Virus record (IMG/VR): IMGVR_UViG_3300023174_000036
Coordinates: 124,001-188,000 of that record
Direction: 5' to 3' (one strand)
DNA length: 64,000 bases
Part shown: in pieces, positions 27,131-36,490 of the stretch
Position numbering within the stretch: the stretch's first letter is position 1
How the letters are laid out: each line of letters starts with the position of its first letter
The notes under the pieces: model-generated
Seen by the model: only the letters and a program-made list of their open reading frames with translations
The model's database searches: none
Told to the model about the DNA's origin: nothing
Program-made: the position numbers and the translations under genes

Positions 27131-27666
27131 AATGTTGTATCTTGTGTGTACTGATCCCAATGAGTATACTTGTCTTTACTCATTAAGCTCTGTAGGTGAT
27201 GTGTCCACACACCTGGATTTGTAGCACCCCAAGTTCGGTCGTCCAGTTTAAGTGTGGCATTATAGTTGAGTTGATTAATGTAAGGTAACTTGACACTAAT
27301 CATAGGGACAAAGCGAGGATATTCGTTATAAGCAGATTCCAATACACCTTCAATGTGTTCAACACCGAAGTCCAATGAAACCCAATAGTCGGCTTTAAGG
27401 CAACCAATAATAACTTCATCCCACGCTTTATATTCTTCTTGCGAGATAGATTTGGGATTAAAACTTTGACTAGTGCCAAAGTAAATGTGTTTAATGCGTT
27501 TAGACTCGTCTAACAGTGCTTGAGTGTCGTCTGCCTTACGCAAAATTTCTTCAAGTGGAGGAGTGCCCACTACAAATAGTGTAAACATACCATAACAAAT
27601 AGTATGCTCGACTTCATAACCTGTAAAGTATACGACGTCTTGTCGTTCTTCAGTGTTTAGTCCCAT
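27127..27666 (-). CDS. conserved-looking hypothetical protein in modification cluster
   Basis: FTGYEVEHT, HIYFGTSQSF, KLDD...ATNPGVW. Confidence 0.65.
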   Translation of the reverse strand: MGLNTEERQDVVYFTGYEVEHTICYGMFTLFVVGTPPLEEILRKADDTQALLDESKRIKHIYFGTSQSFNPKSISQEEYKAWDEVIIGCLKADYWVSLDFGVEHIEGVLESAYNEYPRFVPMISVKLPYINQLNYNATLKLDDRTWGATNPGVWTHHLQSLMSKDKYTHWDQYTQDTTL

Positions 27667-28547
27667 TTGATATAACCTCTGCTGTAACCGTTTGGACGAT
27701 CCTTACCATCCGCAAACGCTTGTTGCCACTCTATGTTTCTATTATAACCTCTAGTCCAAAAAGAATCAACCTCAAGTTCACCGTTTTCAATCATCCAACG
27801 TGCTTGATGCATGGCTGTGATAAATCGAGACGTTCTTGGACTAGGTTTAACTGTGGTAACAGCTTTCCAAAGTTGCTGTTGTGCTTCTTCTTTGGTTACT
27901 GCTTTACCAACGGCATCTATAATTAGTGCTTCGTTATTTAGGTTAATATCTGTACCTATATCATATTTTCCTGATAAGTCCACGACAATGTCATAACTTT
28001 CACTGGTCCACAATAACAAAGTGTCTCCCCAGAGATCTATGTTATTAGATCCCAATGCGTCAACATCCATATCTGGAAAATGATGTTTTAAATTATTAAA
28101 AACAACCCAAGCAAGAAATCCGCTACCTAAGATCAAACATTTACCTTTGGATCTGCGTTCAAATTCTTCGTATGCTTGACTAACACAATTAATACCACAA
28201 GCAACTGGTTCTAAAATATATTTTGGATGTGCTTCTGGAACTTGTACATATTCATTGGCACGTACATTATAAAAGTCTGCGTATGCTGGTTCACCCCGAG
28301 TAGCAACAAAGTCGCCTTTTGCAAGACCAGTGACACCAGCACCCATTTCAATTACTTGACCCAAGCCTTCGTGTCCTTGCATACTAAGTGGCAATGGTCC
28401 AAAATTACCTTGCATCATATCAATGTCGCTACGACATACGCCTGTCATGATAGCTTGTACACGAATATCAGTAGGCCCTAGTGGAGGCAATTCATAGGTT
28501 ACTTCTTCAAAGTAACCTTGACCTGTAGTTTGCAAACAGCGTGTCAT
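27657..28547 (-). CDS. Zn-dependent alcohol dehydrogenase (MDR) family protein
   Basis: GVCRSD, GHEGLG, LEPVAC, LILGSGFL. Confidence 0.85.
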   Translation of the reverse strand: MTRCLQTTGQGYFEEVTYELPPLGPTDIRVQAIMTGVCRSDIDMMQGNFGPLPLSMQGHEGLGQVIEMGAGVTGLAKGDFVATRGEPAYADFYNVRANEYVQVPEAHPKYILEPVACGINCVSQAYEEFERRSKGKCLILGSGFLAWVVFNNLKHHFPDMDVDALGSNNIDLWGDTLLLWTSESYDIVVDLSGKYDIGTDINLNNEALIIDAVGKAVTKEEAQQQLWKAVTTVKPSPRTSRFITAMHQARWMIENGELEVDSFWTRGYNRNIEWQQAFADGKDRPNGYSRGYIKWD

Positions 28548-29428
28548 AGATTTTCGATCCTTTCATGGATCCACGAATCTTGTTTATATTGCTCAAGCCA
28601 AAAAGTCTGATTATCTATATTTTTAATAGCATCAGAAATCATATTCTGATAAGCATATTCTGGACAAAGGCCTAACTCAACAGTAATCACGCTGTCGTCT
28701 TCCATAACAAATTCGATATTTCTTTTATCAGATTTTAAATCTCGCCAATCAGCAGTTAGTTGCCATTTGTCTGTAAAATTAATTTGACAAAAATCATCTA
28801 CATCATACGTGCCATTAACATTAACAGTTCCGTAATCTGTGCCAGTCAATTGACCCAGTGTCCACCTTTTAAATGCAGTTTGCTTAGTCAAGTTAGCTCT
28901 AATCCAGTCTGGTGCCAATGCTATGAACCAACTTAACAAGTGAGGCATTAAATCTCTACTAACACCACCAAATGCCAGTTCTTTATTAGTAAACCAACTA
29001 CCTGGATTTGGTATACGATCTTTGTTAATCCAATTAAGATTAACTTTTTTAGATTTATTTGCTAAATCTTTTAGCTCAACAATGTTGTCTCGCCACATAT
29101 TATTTTTGACCATCATAAAACGTGTAAACGGTCTGGTCTTAATCATACCAGTCCAGTCGTTACTTGTTTTGAATCCTGGCTTTTCAACAAACACTATTTT
29201 AGTATAAGGTGCTACCTGTTCGGCTATGTCTTTATGCGTAAAATTTGGCGTACAAATATGTGCAGTATCAAAAATACTATATTTTCTAATAGCATCTGCA
29301 ACACTAGTAAACTCAGCACCTTTGGAAGGATCCATATCTACTGTAATAACTGTGTGCCCAATATTTTCTAGGACAGTCTTGTATAACTGTCCAATACCCA
29401 TACCGATAACGAGACTACGCTTGTTCAT
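28544..29428 (-). CDS. Gfo/Idh/MocA family oxidoreductase
   Basis: VIGMGIG Rossmann, ICTPNFTH, VEKP, GGVSRDLMPH. Confidence 0.85.
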   Translation of the reverse strand: MNKRSLVIGMGIGQLYKTVLENIGHTVITVDMDPSKGAEFTSVADAIRKYSIFDTAHICTPNFTHKDIAEQVAPYTKIVFVEKPGFKTSNDWTGMIKTRPFTRFMMVKNNMWRDNIVELKDLANKSKKVNLNWINKDRIPNPGSWFTNKELAFGGVSRDLMPHLLSWFIALAPDWIRANLTKQTAFKRWTLGQLTGTDYGTVNVNGTYDVDDFCQINFTDKWQLTADWRDLKSDKRNIEFVMEDDSVITVELGLCPEYAYQNMISDAIKNIDNQTFWLEQYKQDSWIHERIENL

Positions 29429-29660
29429 TTTTCTTTTCCTCGTAGACTCTAAACATTCGAGTCACTTCTTCCATTTGTTTTTGGAACACTTCAGGCGCAC
29501 CGATTGCCGCAATTTGCATATCATATTCGCTAGGATAGTGACGCAACATACTACGTGCTTCGTCTTTAACGGCTTTGGGAACTCGAGGAGTGGTTAAGAT
29601 CTTTAGTAAAAATCTTTGAGTCTGTACTACTGCTCGATATCTTTCGTCGGGTAAAGTCAT
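29415..29660 (-). CDS. hypothetical protein (BPSL0761-like)
   Basis: MTLPDERYRAV...EARSMLRHYP; start moved to 29660. Confidence 0.55.
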   Translation of the reverse strand: MTLPDERYRAVVQTQRFLLKILTTPRVPKAVKDEARSMLRHYPSEYDMQIAAIGAPEVFQKQMEEVTRMFRVYEEKKNEQA

Positions 29661-29697
29661 TTTATAGCTCTTTTTGTGAAAGTTTTCGCGGGTGATG

Positions 29698-31431
29698 TTA
29701 TTCGTGTACACTAGCTTCTAATTCGTCTAGTTTGTTATCATCAAATTCAAGGTCGTCTTCTAATTGTACAATATCTTCTTGGACTTCTTCAAAGAATTTG
29801 GAGTACATAGTTGATGCATTAACTGTTTTCTTACCAGTTGCGCCACGTGTACCAGGTATAGCTTGCCAAAATTTATCATAATAATCAATAATTGCCATTG
29901 CTGAATCTCTATCTGGCGCACTAAAGATAGCGTCTACAACATCTCTAAATTTATTTGGTAACGGAGAGTAATCTGTAAATGGTTTTGGTATAGCTGTAGT
30001 AACATCTAACATGCCAGGACATAACCCAGCATCATATTGACGATTGGCTTCTTGTACGCTGTTCAAATGTAGCCACACATTATGACCCATCATAATAGCA
30101 TAGGTAAAACTATCCCAACTTGTTTTACCAACTTTACCGATTTTGTTTACATCGTTAGGACCATAGATGCAAATGTCTTTAACTTCCACACCGTCCATTA
30201 GCGGACTAGTAGTAAACGATTTAAAATGACCATCTTGCACAACCACATCTTGGAACAGTCTAGTGTCTTTGCTGTACTTTTTGTTGTCTAAACTTGGCAA
30301 CATACGGTAGAGCCATTTTTCTCTATCTGTAATTTCTGTTTGAACATAAATTTGTCCATTAGCTGTAGCAAGAAAAGGACTAGCACAATCAAAACTAATT
30401 GTAAAACTGGGATTATGATATTTTCGAATAGCACGTTGTATATCTGTCAGCAACAACGCCCATTCTAATTTACTTGTTCCAAGAAAGTGCATCCAGTCTT
30501 GATGACCTTGTTCTAACAAACCGTCAAACTTTAATGCAACAAGTCTACGCAGTACTAGATCTACGTCACACATATTCTGCCCACCCATGGCCCAGCCATT
30601 AAATGGCTTGTCATATTTCTTTGGGTCGCAAAAGTCTTTCATTTGTTGATACCAGTCTTCTGCTTGGTCGTGGTTTTCGCCTTGTAATACATTTAAGAAT
30701 TTACAAGCGCCTGTGCGATGTTTGATAAAATATTCGTTATTATATTTGGTAGCCGCGACAGCTTGTGGATAATTACCAACGCCGCTATTTTTAGCACCAA
30801 CAGGACTTCGACCAACCCATGCTGGAATATCTAGCACCATGCCATAATCCATTAGTGCATCCATCCATGCTAGTACTTGTTCACGTTTTTTCTGTGCCGC
30901 ATCTAATTGTGCTTGATACAGTTTAACATGATCAATCTTAGTATACTTAGGATTACCGTTTTTATCTGTCTTAGGATGACCTGTTGGGTGTAATTGAGGA
31001 ACTAGTTCAACACCTTTGGCAACGGCTTCGGCCATACGTTGTGCTACTACTGGACCGTTAGGATCATTCCATTCGCCTGCCCATACGCCTTTACCAATCT
31101 GGAAACCTCCAGAGTCGCCTAACACCCAACTAGTGCTACGGTCTCTGTTACGAAACATGTCTTCACTAGGATCTGGTTTAGTCAAATCTAAGTTAGCATG
31201 ACCAGCAGAATACAAACAATGGTCAAAGTAAAATGCCGCATTGGGATTCAAATAGTTCATAGCTTCAATGCCCATAGGCCCAAAGCTAGCAGGAATACGT
31301 GCAGGATCCACGTAGTTGCTATATCTCTGTTTACCTATATATGTACTATAGAATCCTGAAGTTGCCGGCAAAAAGTAAGCATACGGTTCACCAGAGGCAT
31401 CAAATTGTGCTTTCGTTAGATTTTTATTCAT
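29698..31431 (-). CDS. dpdA: DpdA-like DNA guanine transglycosylase (TGT fold)
   Basis: LGDSGGFQ, MVLDIP, NVLQG, AMGG, HFLGTS, SFDCASP TGT motifs; no C-terminal Zn cluster of tRNA TGT; queE/folE context. Confidence 0.8.
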   Translation of the reverse strand: MNKNLTKAQFDASGEPYAYFLPATSGFYSTYIGKQRYSNYVDPARIPASFGPMGIEAMNYLNPNAAFYFDHCLYSAGHANLDLTKPDPSEDMFRNRDRSTSWVLGDSGGFQIGKGVWAGEWNDPNGPVVAQRMAEAVAKGVELVPQLHPTGHPKTDKNGNPKYTKIDHVKLYQAQLDAAQKKREQVLAWMDALMDYGMVLDIPAWVGRSPVGAKNSGVGNYPQAVAATKYNNEYFIKHRTGACKFLNVLQGENHDQAEDWYQQMKDFCDPKKYDKPFNGWAMGGQNMCDVDLVLRRLVALKFDGLLEQGHQDWMHFLGTSKLEWALLLTDIQRAIRKYHNPSFTISFDCASPFLATANGQIYVQTEITDREKWLYRMLPSLDNKKYSKDTRLFQDVVVQDGHFKSFTTSPLMDGVEVKDICIYGPNDVNKIGKVGKTSWDSFTYAIMMGHNVWLHLNSVQEANRQYDAGLCPGMLDVTTAIPKPFTDYSPLPNKFRDVVDAIFSAPDRDSAMAIIDYYDKFWQAIPGTRGATGKKTVNASTMYSKFFEEVQEDIVQLEDDLEFDDNKLDELEASVHE

Positions 31432-32174
31432 TACTTAGACTGTGCTGGAAGAATATAATCGTATACTGCAACACCGCTGTCGATGTTAATGTTCAACAAC
31501 CCACCATCTGCAATACGCATAGTAGCAGTACCGCTTAGTCCAAGAATACTTTGAACTTGATTAACGGGCCACGACCATGTTTGTTTTAGTTTGCCTTTGA
31601 CATTTGCTTGGAAAATAAAACTACCAGCGTGTGTGCTTGAATCACCAAAGCTAAACACCAAATGACCGTCTTCTGTTTTAACTTGAAAAACAGTTTCTTC
31701 TGAATGTGCATTTGATTGGAATTTCAATTTCTGTATACTGGCAACAGCAGGCGTAAATTCAATATCCCACTGTGCGCCTTTGAACTTGGCCGACTTCAAT
31801 TTGTCGTTAATAATGTCCTGGTTCATGAAACGATAATCGTTTTCAAAGTCAGCAGTTGCATTGATAAAATGCAAACCTGTTGGAACTTCTTCTCCGTTAC
31901 GTTGCTGTTTAACTACCTTGATAGTTGCACCTTCTTTGTACTCTGGACACTTGAGGTGAATATCTAGCTTGTTCAAGTTAGGCATGCCAAAGGTGCCTTC
32001 AAAGTCACTGACTGGTTCGTGCGCTTTGGCATTCAAAATAACGCTACGATCTTCAGCCATAGATTCGATTGTAGTTTCTTTGTCTGTTGCACTTACCTTG
32101 ACCAAAGGTAAAAAGCCCAAACTGTGTGTATGTGCTACTAGGTCTTGTAAAAAGTCTTTCATGAGATTCTCCAT
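31431..32174 (-). CDS. probable DNA sliding clamp/processivity factor
   Basis: About 245 aa alpha/beta pattern, SMAEDRSVI, ends YDYILPAQ like PCNA/gp45; near PolB. Confidence 0.55.
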   Translation of the reverse strand: MENLMKDFLQDLVAHTHSLGFLPLVKVSATDKETTIESMAEDRSVILNAKAHEPVSDFEGTFGMPNLNKLDIHLKCPEYKEGATIKVVKQQRNGEEVPTGLHFINATADFENDYRFMNQDIINDKLKSAKFKGAQWDIEFTPAVASIQKLKFQSNAHSEETVFQVKTEDGHLVFSFGDSSTHAGSFIFQANVKGKLKQTWSWPVNQVQSILGLSGTATMRIADGGLLNINIDSGVAVYDYILPAQSK

Positions 32175-32182
32175 ATGTTATG

Positions 32183-32211
32183 ATTATACTTAGGTTTTTT
32201 GATTATGTCAA
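32183..32211 (-). promoter_or_regulatory. perfect sigma70 promoter for clamp-dpdA operon
   Basis: TTGACA-17-TATAAT. Confidence 0.8.
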
Positions 32212-32981
32212 GCATTTTTTCTTACCGTTTCATTGTATTCCGCCGAAGCTTCTAAAATACTAAACGGTGCATTGATAGTTTTGGCATATTTTATAAATGC
32301 TTGAGTGTCTTTAGGAAAACACGCACCACCAAAACCACGTTCCCCATCAAGCCCAGGTACTAAGGTATGACTGGAACCAATTCTTTGATCATGTGTAATC
32401 ATTTGACGCACTATTGAATAGTCTGCACCATTTGCCTCACATATATCAAACAGTTGATTAAAAAAGGCTACTTTTGCCGCTAGGAAAGAGTTTATACTGT
32501 ACTTGGTCATAGCCGCTTCTAATTTAGTACATTGAAAAAACAGTTTACAATTAGGCAATACTGAACTAAAAGTCTCCTGCCAAAATCCTTCAGGATCTTC
32601 ACCGCCAATAATCATAAACTTTTGTTCGGCAAAGTCCTTAGCAGAAGTAGCCGCCCGTAAAAATTCTGGACTATACACAACGGAATGATCTTTATATACA
32701 TCATCGAATGCTTCCAGCGCACTAGGTGTTACAGTGCTTTTAATCATTACCGGCATAAAAATTGGCACTGTATCTAAAATATCAGCGATGTTTCGGACAT
32801 CACATATGCCATCTTCTGTGGTAGGAGTATTCACACAGATAATTAATCCGTCTGCATCTGGATGATCTTTTATTTGTTCTTCGGTATATTTTGGATCAAC
32901 AATTACAATTTCGTGTTTAGTTTGTAATGTTTGTCCAACTGCTTTGCCAACAAATCCGTATCCTGCAATTATAATTTTCAT
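32208..32981 (-). CDS. UDP-glucose/GDP-mannose dehydrogenase family protein (short form)
   Basis: IAGYGFVG, ICVNTP, IKSTV, SPEFL, TKYSINSFLA.K, FGGACFPKD; start moved to MKIII at 32981. Confidence 0.85.
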   Translation of the reverse strand: MKIIIAGYGFVGKAVGQTLQTKHEIVIVDPKYTEEQIKDHPDADGLIICVNTPTTEDGICDVRNIADILDTVPIFMPVMIKSTVTPSALEAFDDVYKDHSVVYSPEFLRAATSAKDFAEQKFMIIGGEDPEGFWQETFSSVLPNCKLFFQCTKLEAAMTKYSINSFLAAKVAFFNQLFDICEANGADYSIVRQMITHDQRIGSSHTLVPGLDGERGFGGACFPKDTQAFIKYAKTINAPFSILEASAEYNETVRKNA

Positions 32982-32982
32982 A

Positions 32983-35664
32983 TTAGAACTCGAAAAAACT
33001 GTTAAAGGTATTCTTTTCTTCTGTGCTGTTGATATCCCAGTTAAGAACACCAATTAAGTTGTCTAATTTATTATCAATAATTGTCTGTTCCATTTCGGCA
33101 TGATCAAATGCTAAATCTTTAAACCACTGCGGAAGTCGCAACTCGTCTACCGGATAAGCAACACTAGTAAAACCTAGTGCATTAGGTTTTAGTTTACATA
33201 CAATAACTTTAGCACCGTCTGTAATAGCCATGCTATACTTGTCTCCGTACATGCGTTTTAATGTGTTCCAATTAATACTTGCACGAACGTGACCAGGCAT
33301 ATTAGTCTTGCCAGCTTTGGCTTCTTTGGCTTGGTAGTCTGTAATGTTGTTGGCACGTTTTGGACTGCCTTTTTCCCAACCGGGACGAGCTTTAAATCGA
33401 ATTCTAAATTCACTAATATGATCCAATACTTGTTGTTCAGTTGCACCTGTCAATACTAGTTCAAGTACATCACTTAAAAAGTTTTGAATAAATTCAGGCG
33501 TGTCACTACGCTTGAGGTCCAACCCCATGGCTTTAATTTTGCCGGGTTTACCTTCAACGTCTGTACGTTTGCCTTCTTTGTCGTAATACAACACAGCATA
33601 ACGCTTCTTGGTAATAAACAAACTTTTACTACCAACAATCTCACGACCTGCTTTGATAACTTCTCCACGCGACTTGGGCACGTGAAACGAATCCAACATA
33701 AACTGTGGAAATGTACTGTTAACTTCCTCACCAATTTGGTCGTACAACTGAACAACTGATTCTTTAGTCCACGGCAACTGCCCTGCATTGATTTCTTTTT
33801 CCAATGTTTTATATGCTGAGAAATAACATGAGTCTGTATCACCGTAGATAATAGCTTTGCCTGTGTGATTGTATTCACCCGCAATAATCTCATTAACTTT
33901 ACTGGCCATGTGTTTAGCAATAGCACGACCTGTTAGTGTAGTTGATTGTCCGATACGCTTGTCAAAGAATCTACAACCGTTGTTAAGAATAGCACCATAC
34001 AAACTGTTCAAGTTAATTTTCTTGACTAGTTGTCGTTTGTCCCAGTATTCTTCTTCAACCTTATTGCCGGCTTTGATAGCTTCTTTAAGTTTAGCCTGCA
34101 TCTCTTTACGTTCAGCATACCAACGCTTTAACAAGCCAGGAATAATACCTTCTTTTTCATACGTGAAAATTGTGCCGTTGGCACTGAGGATCCACGGCTG
34201 GTTGCTTTCGTAAATTAATCTATACACTTCTGCGGCACTGACAACATCAGTGTCGCCGTTCTCCCAGTCAATAGTAATGTCTGTGCCAATTTCTTGATTT
34301 ATCACAGCAGTATACTCTAATGATCCAAACACACCTTCCCATGCCGCCGCAAAACTCTTACCTTTTGCTACAAGATTATCAATGTATTCTTGCGTAAGTG
34401 TTTGACGTAACTGCCCTACAATGGTCTCTGGCCCCATGTTAAGTGCTCTAATAGCACTAGGATACAGTGAGTTAATGTCTAGTGAACCGATCCAATCATG
34501 GATGCCTTCTTTAGGATAAGCAACATACGCACCTGCGGCCCCCTCGTTGCCTTCTCTGTCGTCCATTTTAGTTCTGTTGGGAACTTGGAAACCTCTGCGG
34601 TGTGCTTCGTTAATAATAGCCTGCTCAGTCACAGCCACAGCACCCATTGTAGTCTGTAACAACACAGTACATTCATGTGCCAGCGTGTTAGCAAGGTCCA
34701 TGAATTTTAATTTCTTGTCTAATTTTTCAAGAAGCATACAGTCATTGATGTTGTATTCAATGAAAGTTCTAAAATCATTGTTGTACAACTGATCCAATGT
34801 GCCTTCGTATTGCGTCTTACGCTCACCTAGTTCGTATTCAGCAATAGCATCCAGTCGATAGGTATGACGTTCTTCATAAGTATACTTTCGATACAGTTCA
34901 AGACTATCCAAGTGTACACGACCAATAAAGTCGTATGTAACAGCTTGTCTTCCATATTTTTCATATTCACGTTTCTTTGGCAATTGGTCAAACAAACAAA
35001 AACGTCTTGTATCTTCTTTGCTTAATGCCTTGGTCACACGATTAACCGTGTAGGGAATATCAAAGCCTTCGCTGTTCCAACCACTCAGTACATCAGCATC
35101 TTTGATCAAATCCAAGAACACATCCAACATCTCTGCTTCTGTTTCATACAGCATTACGTTGTCAAAGTCTTTGACCATTTCTTTGGCATCCGCCATGTTG
35201 AGTTTCTTGGGTGGCACAGCCAAACATATCATTGTTTCCATCCATTGTAGGTAAACAGCAATCGCAGTGATTGGCATAAATGCATCATCGGGTGACGCAT
35301 AGCCACGCTCTGGGTCGAAGTCTACTTCAATATCGAAAAATGCTACATTTAGTTTGGGAGGTTCTGCGTTTAGATAGTTTTCGCTTAGACAAACAAAGAT
35401 GGGGTTAATGTCTGCTTCAAACAGTTTTTTGCTTGAATTAATAGCTTGTTCTTTTCTTAGCTCTTTGGTATTTTTACAAATAATACGTGTGAGTGGATCA
35501 CCGTAAATACTTTGAAATTTGCCCTTGGGGTCTTTAAAGTAAAACGTGTGTTTGACAGGAATGTCACGGAACTCACGTTCTTGTTTTTTATTACGTTCGA
35601 CCACTTTAATAACGTCATTCTCGCGGTCAAACCATGCGTCTACATAGCTCAATATATTCTCCAT
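32983..35664 (-). CDS. family B DNA polymerase (T4 gp43-like)
   Basis: FFDIEV exonuclease, DINSLYPS, KINLNSLYG, YGDTDS, KKRY; true start may be TTG 35652. Confidence 0.97.
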   Translation of the reverse strand: MENILSYVDAWFDRENDVIKVVERNKKQEREFRDIPVKHTFYFKDPKGKFQSIYGDPLTRIICKNTKELRKEQAINSSKKLFEADINPIFVCLSENYLNAEPPKLNVAFFDIEVDFDPERGYASPDDAFMPITAIAVYLQWMETMICLAVPPKKLNMADAKEMVKDFDNVMLYETEAEMLDVFLDLIKDADVLSGWNSEGFDIPYTVNRVTKALSKEDTRRFCLFDQLPKKREYEKYGRQAVTYDFIGRVHLDSLELYRKYTYEERHTYRLDAIAEYELGERKTQYEGTLDQLYNNDFRTFIEYNINDCMLLEKLDKKLKFMDLANTLAHECTVLLQTTMGAVAVTEQAIINEAHRRGFQVPNRTKMDDREGNEGAAGAYVAYPKEGIHDWIGSLDINSLYPSAIRALNMGPETIVGQLRQTLTQEYIDNLVAKGKSFAAAWEGVFGSLEYTAVINQEIGTDITIDWENGDTDVVSAAEVYRLIYESNQPWILSANGTIFTYEKEGIIPGLLKRWYAERKEMQAKLKEAIKAGNKVEEEYWDKRQLVKKINLNSLYGAILNNGCRFFDKRIGQSTTLTGRAIAKHMASKVNEIIAGEYNHTGKAIIYGDTDSCYFSAYKTLEKEINAGQLPWTKESVVQLYDQIGEEVNSTFPQFMLDSFHVPKSRGEVIKAGREIVGSKSLFITKKRYAVLYYDKEGKRTDVEGKPGKIKAMGLDLKRSDTPEFIQNFLSDVLELVLTGATEQQVLDHISEFRIRFKARPGWEKGSPKRANNITDYQAKEAKAGKTNMPGHVRASINWNTLKRMYGDKYSMAITDGAKVIVCKLKPNALGFTSVAYPVDELRLPQWFKDLAFDHAEMEQTIIDNKLDNLIGVLNWDINSTEEKNTFNSFFEF

Positions 35665-35733
35665 ATGTCATTTTTGGCTGACAAATACCCAACTTGCGGT
35701 TTATGGCCCGCTTGCCCTTGCATGTACTACTTA

Positions 35734-35991
35734 TTAGATACGTTTTGTAATATCTAAAATTGCTTCAATTTCTTCCCAGTCTGCATTATGTGCCTGCCAA
35801 TCGCCTTTGTGTGCAATTTTAATAGCTTTGTTAATAACACTGGGTTTAACTTGTAATTCTTCTGCCACTGCCTGTACTGTTTCTTTTAAGCCTACTTGCA
35901 AGTCTTCAATTTCACGTAATACTGTTGATCCTTCGGTAATCAATCTTTCTAGTTTTGCCTTTTCTTCTGCGCCGTATGAACGTCCTGACAT
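35734..35991 (-). CDS. small dsDNA-binding protein (T4 DsbA/GapR-like)
   Basis: LREIEDL...LKE...AEEL...VINKAIKIA helical pattern. Confidence 0.55.
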   Translation of the reverse strand: MSGRSYGAEEKAKLERLITEGSTVLREIEDLQVGLKETVQAVAEELQVKPSVINKAIKIAHKGDWQAHNADWEEIEAILDITKRI

Positions 35992-36016
35992 GTAAGTCTC
36001 CTAATGTATATTGCCT

Positions 36017-36045
36017 ATTGTACAGTACTTATGTTGTTAATGCAA
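36017..36045 (-). promoter_or_regulatory. sigma70-type promoter
   Basis: TTGCAT-17-TACAAT upstream of AGGAG. Confidence 0.55.
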
Positions 36046-36065
36046 CCTCAATGATATTTTTGAGG

Positions 36066-36093
36066 TGAAAATGGCGGAATCAATCCGCCATAA
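36066..36093 (-). terminator. intrinsic terminator after head-protein array
   Basis: ATGGCGGA-TTGAT-TCCGCCAT followed by TTT on minus strand. Confidence 0.6.
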
Positions 36094-36477
36094 TCAATAT
36101 TTGATACTTTTAATTCTTTCCAATACTGCATCGTCTTGCGCTTTGACTGATTCATCCATTCCTGCTATACCTTTTACAACGCCCTTGCCAAATCGCCATG
36201 CTTTGTCAGCAACATCGCCGATTAGTTCTCCAGTCCCAACCACAACATCTTTAGCCACTTTTCCTGTTTTTTTACCTGCTTCATCCGCAGTTAACTCTGG
36301 CTCTGTTACTTTAGGAGCCTGACCGCTGACAGGTTCGCCGTTAATAGTGGCAACTGTTTTATCTGGATATTTCTCTTTGGCTTTTTTAACTAATAGTTCG
36401 TTGGTATATCTATCATCAGCGTTCCAAACTACAGATGTTTTATCGGTAAATTCAATTGTAAATTTTTTTGTTCCCAC
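36094..36477 (-). CDS. probable internal head protein
   Basis: MDES motif and terminal LERIKSI like neighbours. Confidence 0.5.
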   Translation of the reverse strand: MGTKKFTIEFTDKTSVVWNADDRYTNELLVKKAKEKYPDKTVATINGEPVSGQAPKVTEPELTADEAGKKTGKVAKDVVVGTGELIGDVADKAWRFGKGVVKGIAGMDESVKAQDDAVLERIKSIKY

Positions 36478-36490
36478 GCCAGCCCCTTAT

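Noticed and set aside
29698-31431. Ordinary tRNA-guanine transglycosylase (tgt)
   Set aside because: Much longer, lacks the C-terminal Zn-binding Cys/His cluster of tRNA TGT, and sits by replication genes; DpdA-type is more consistent
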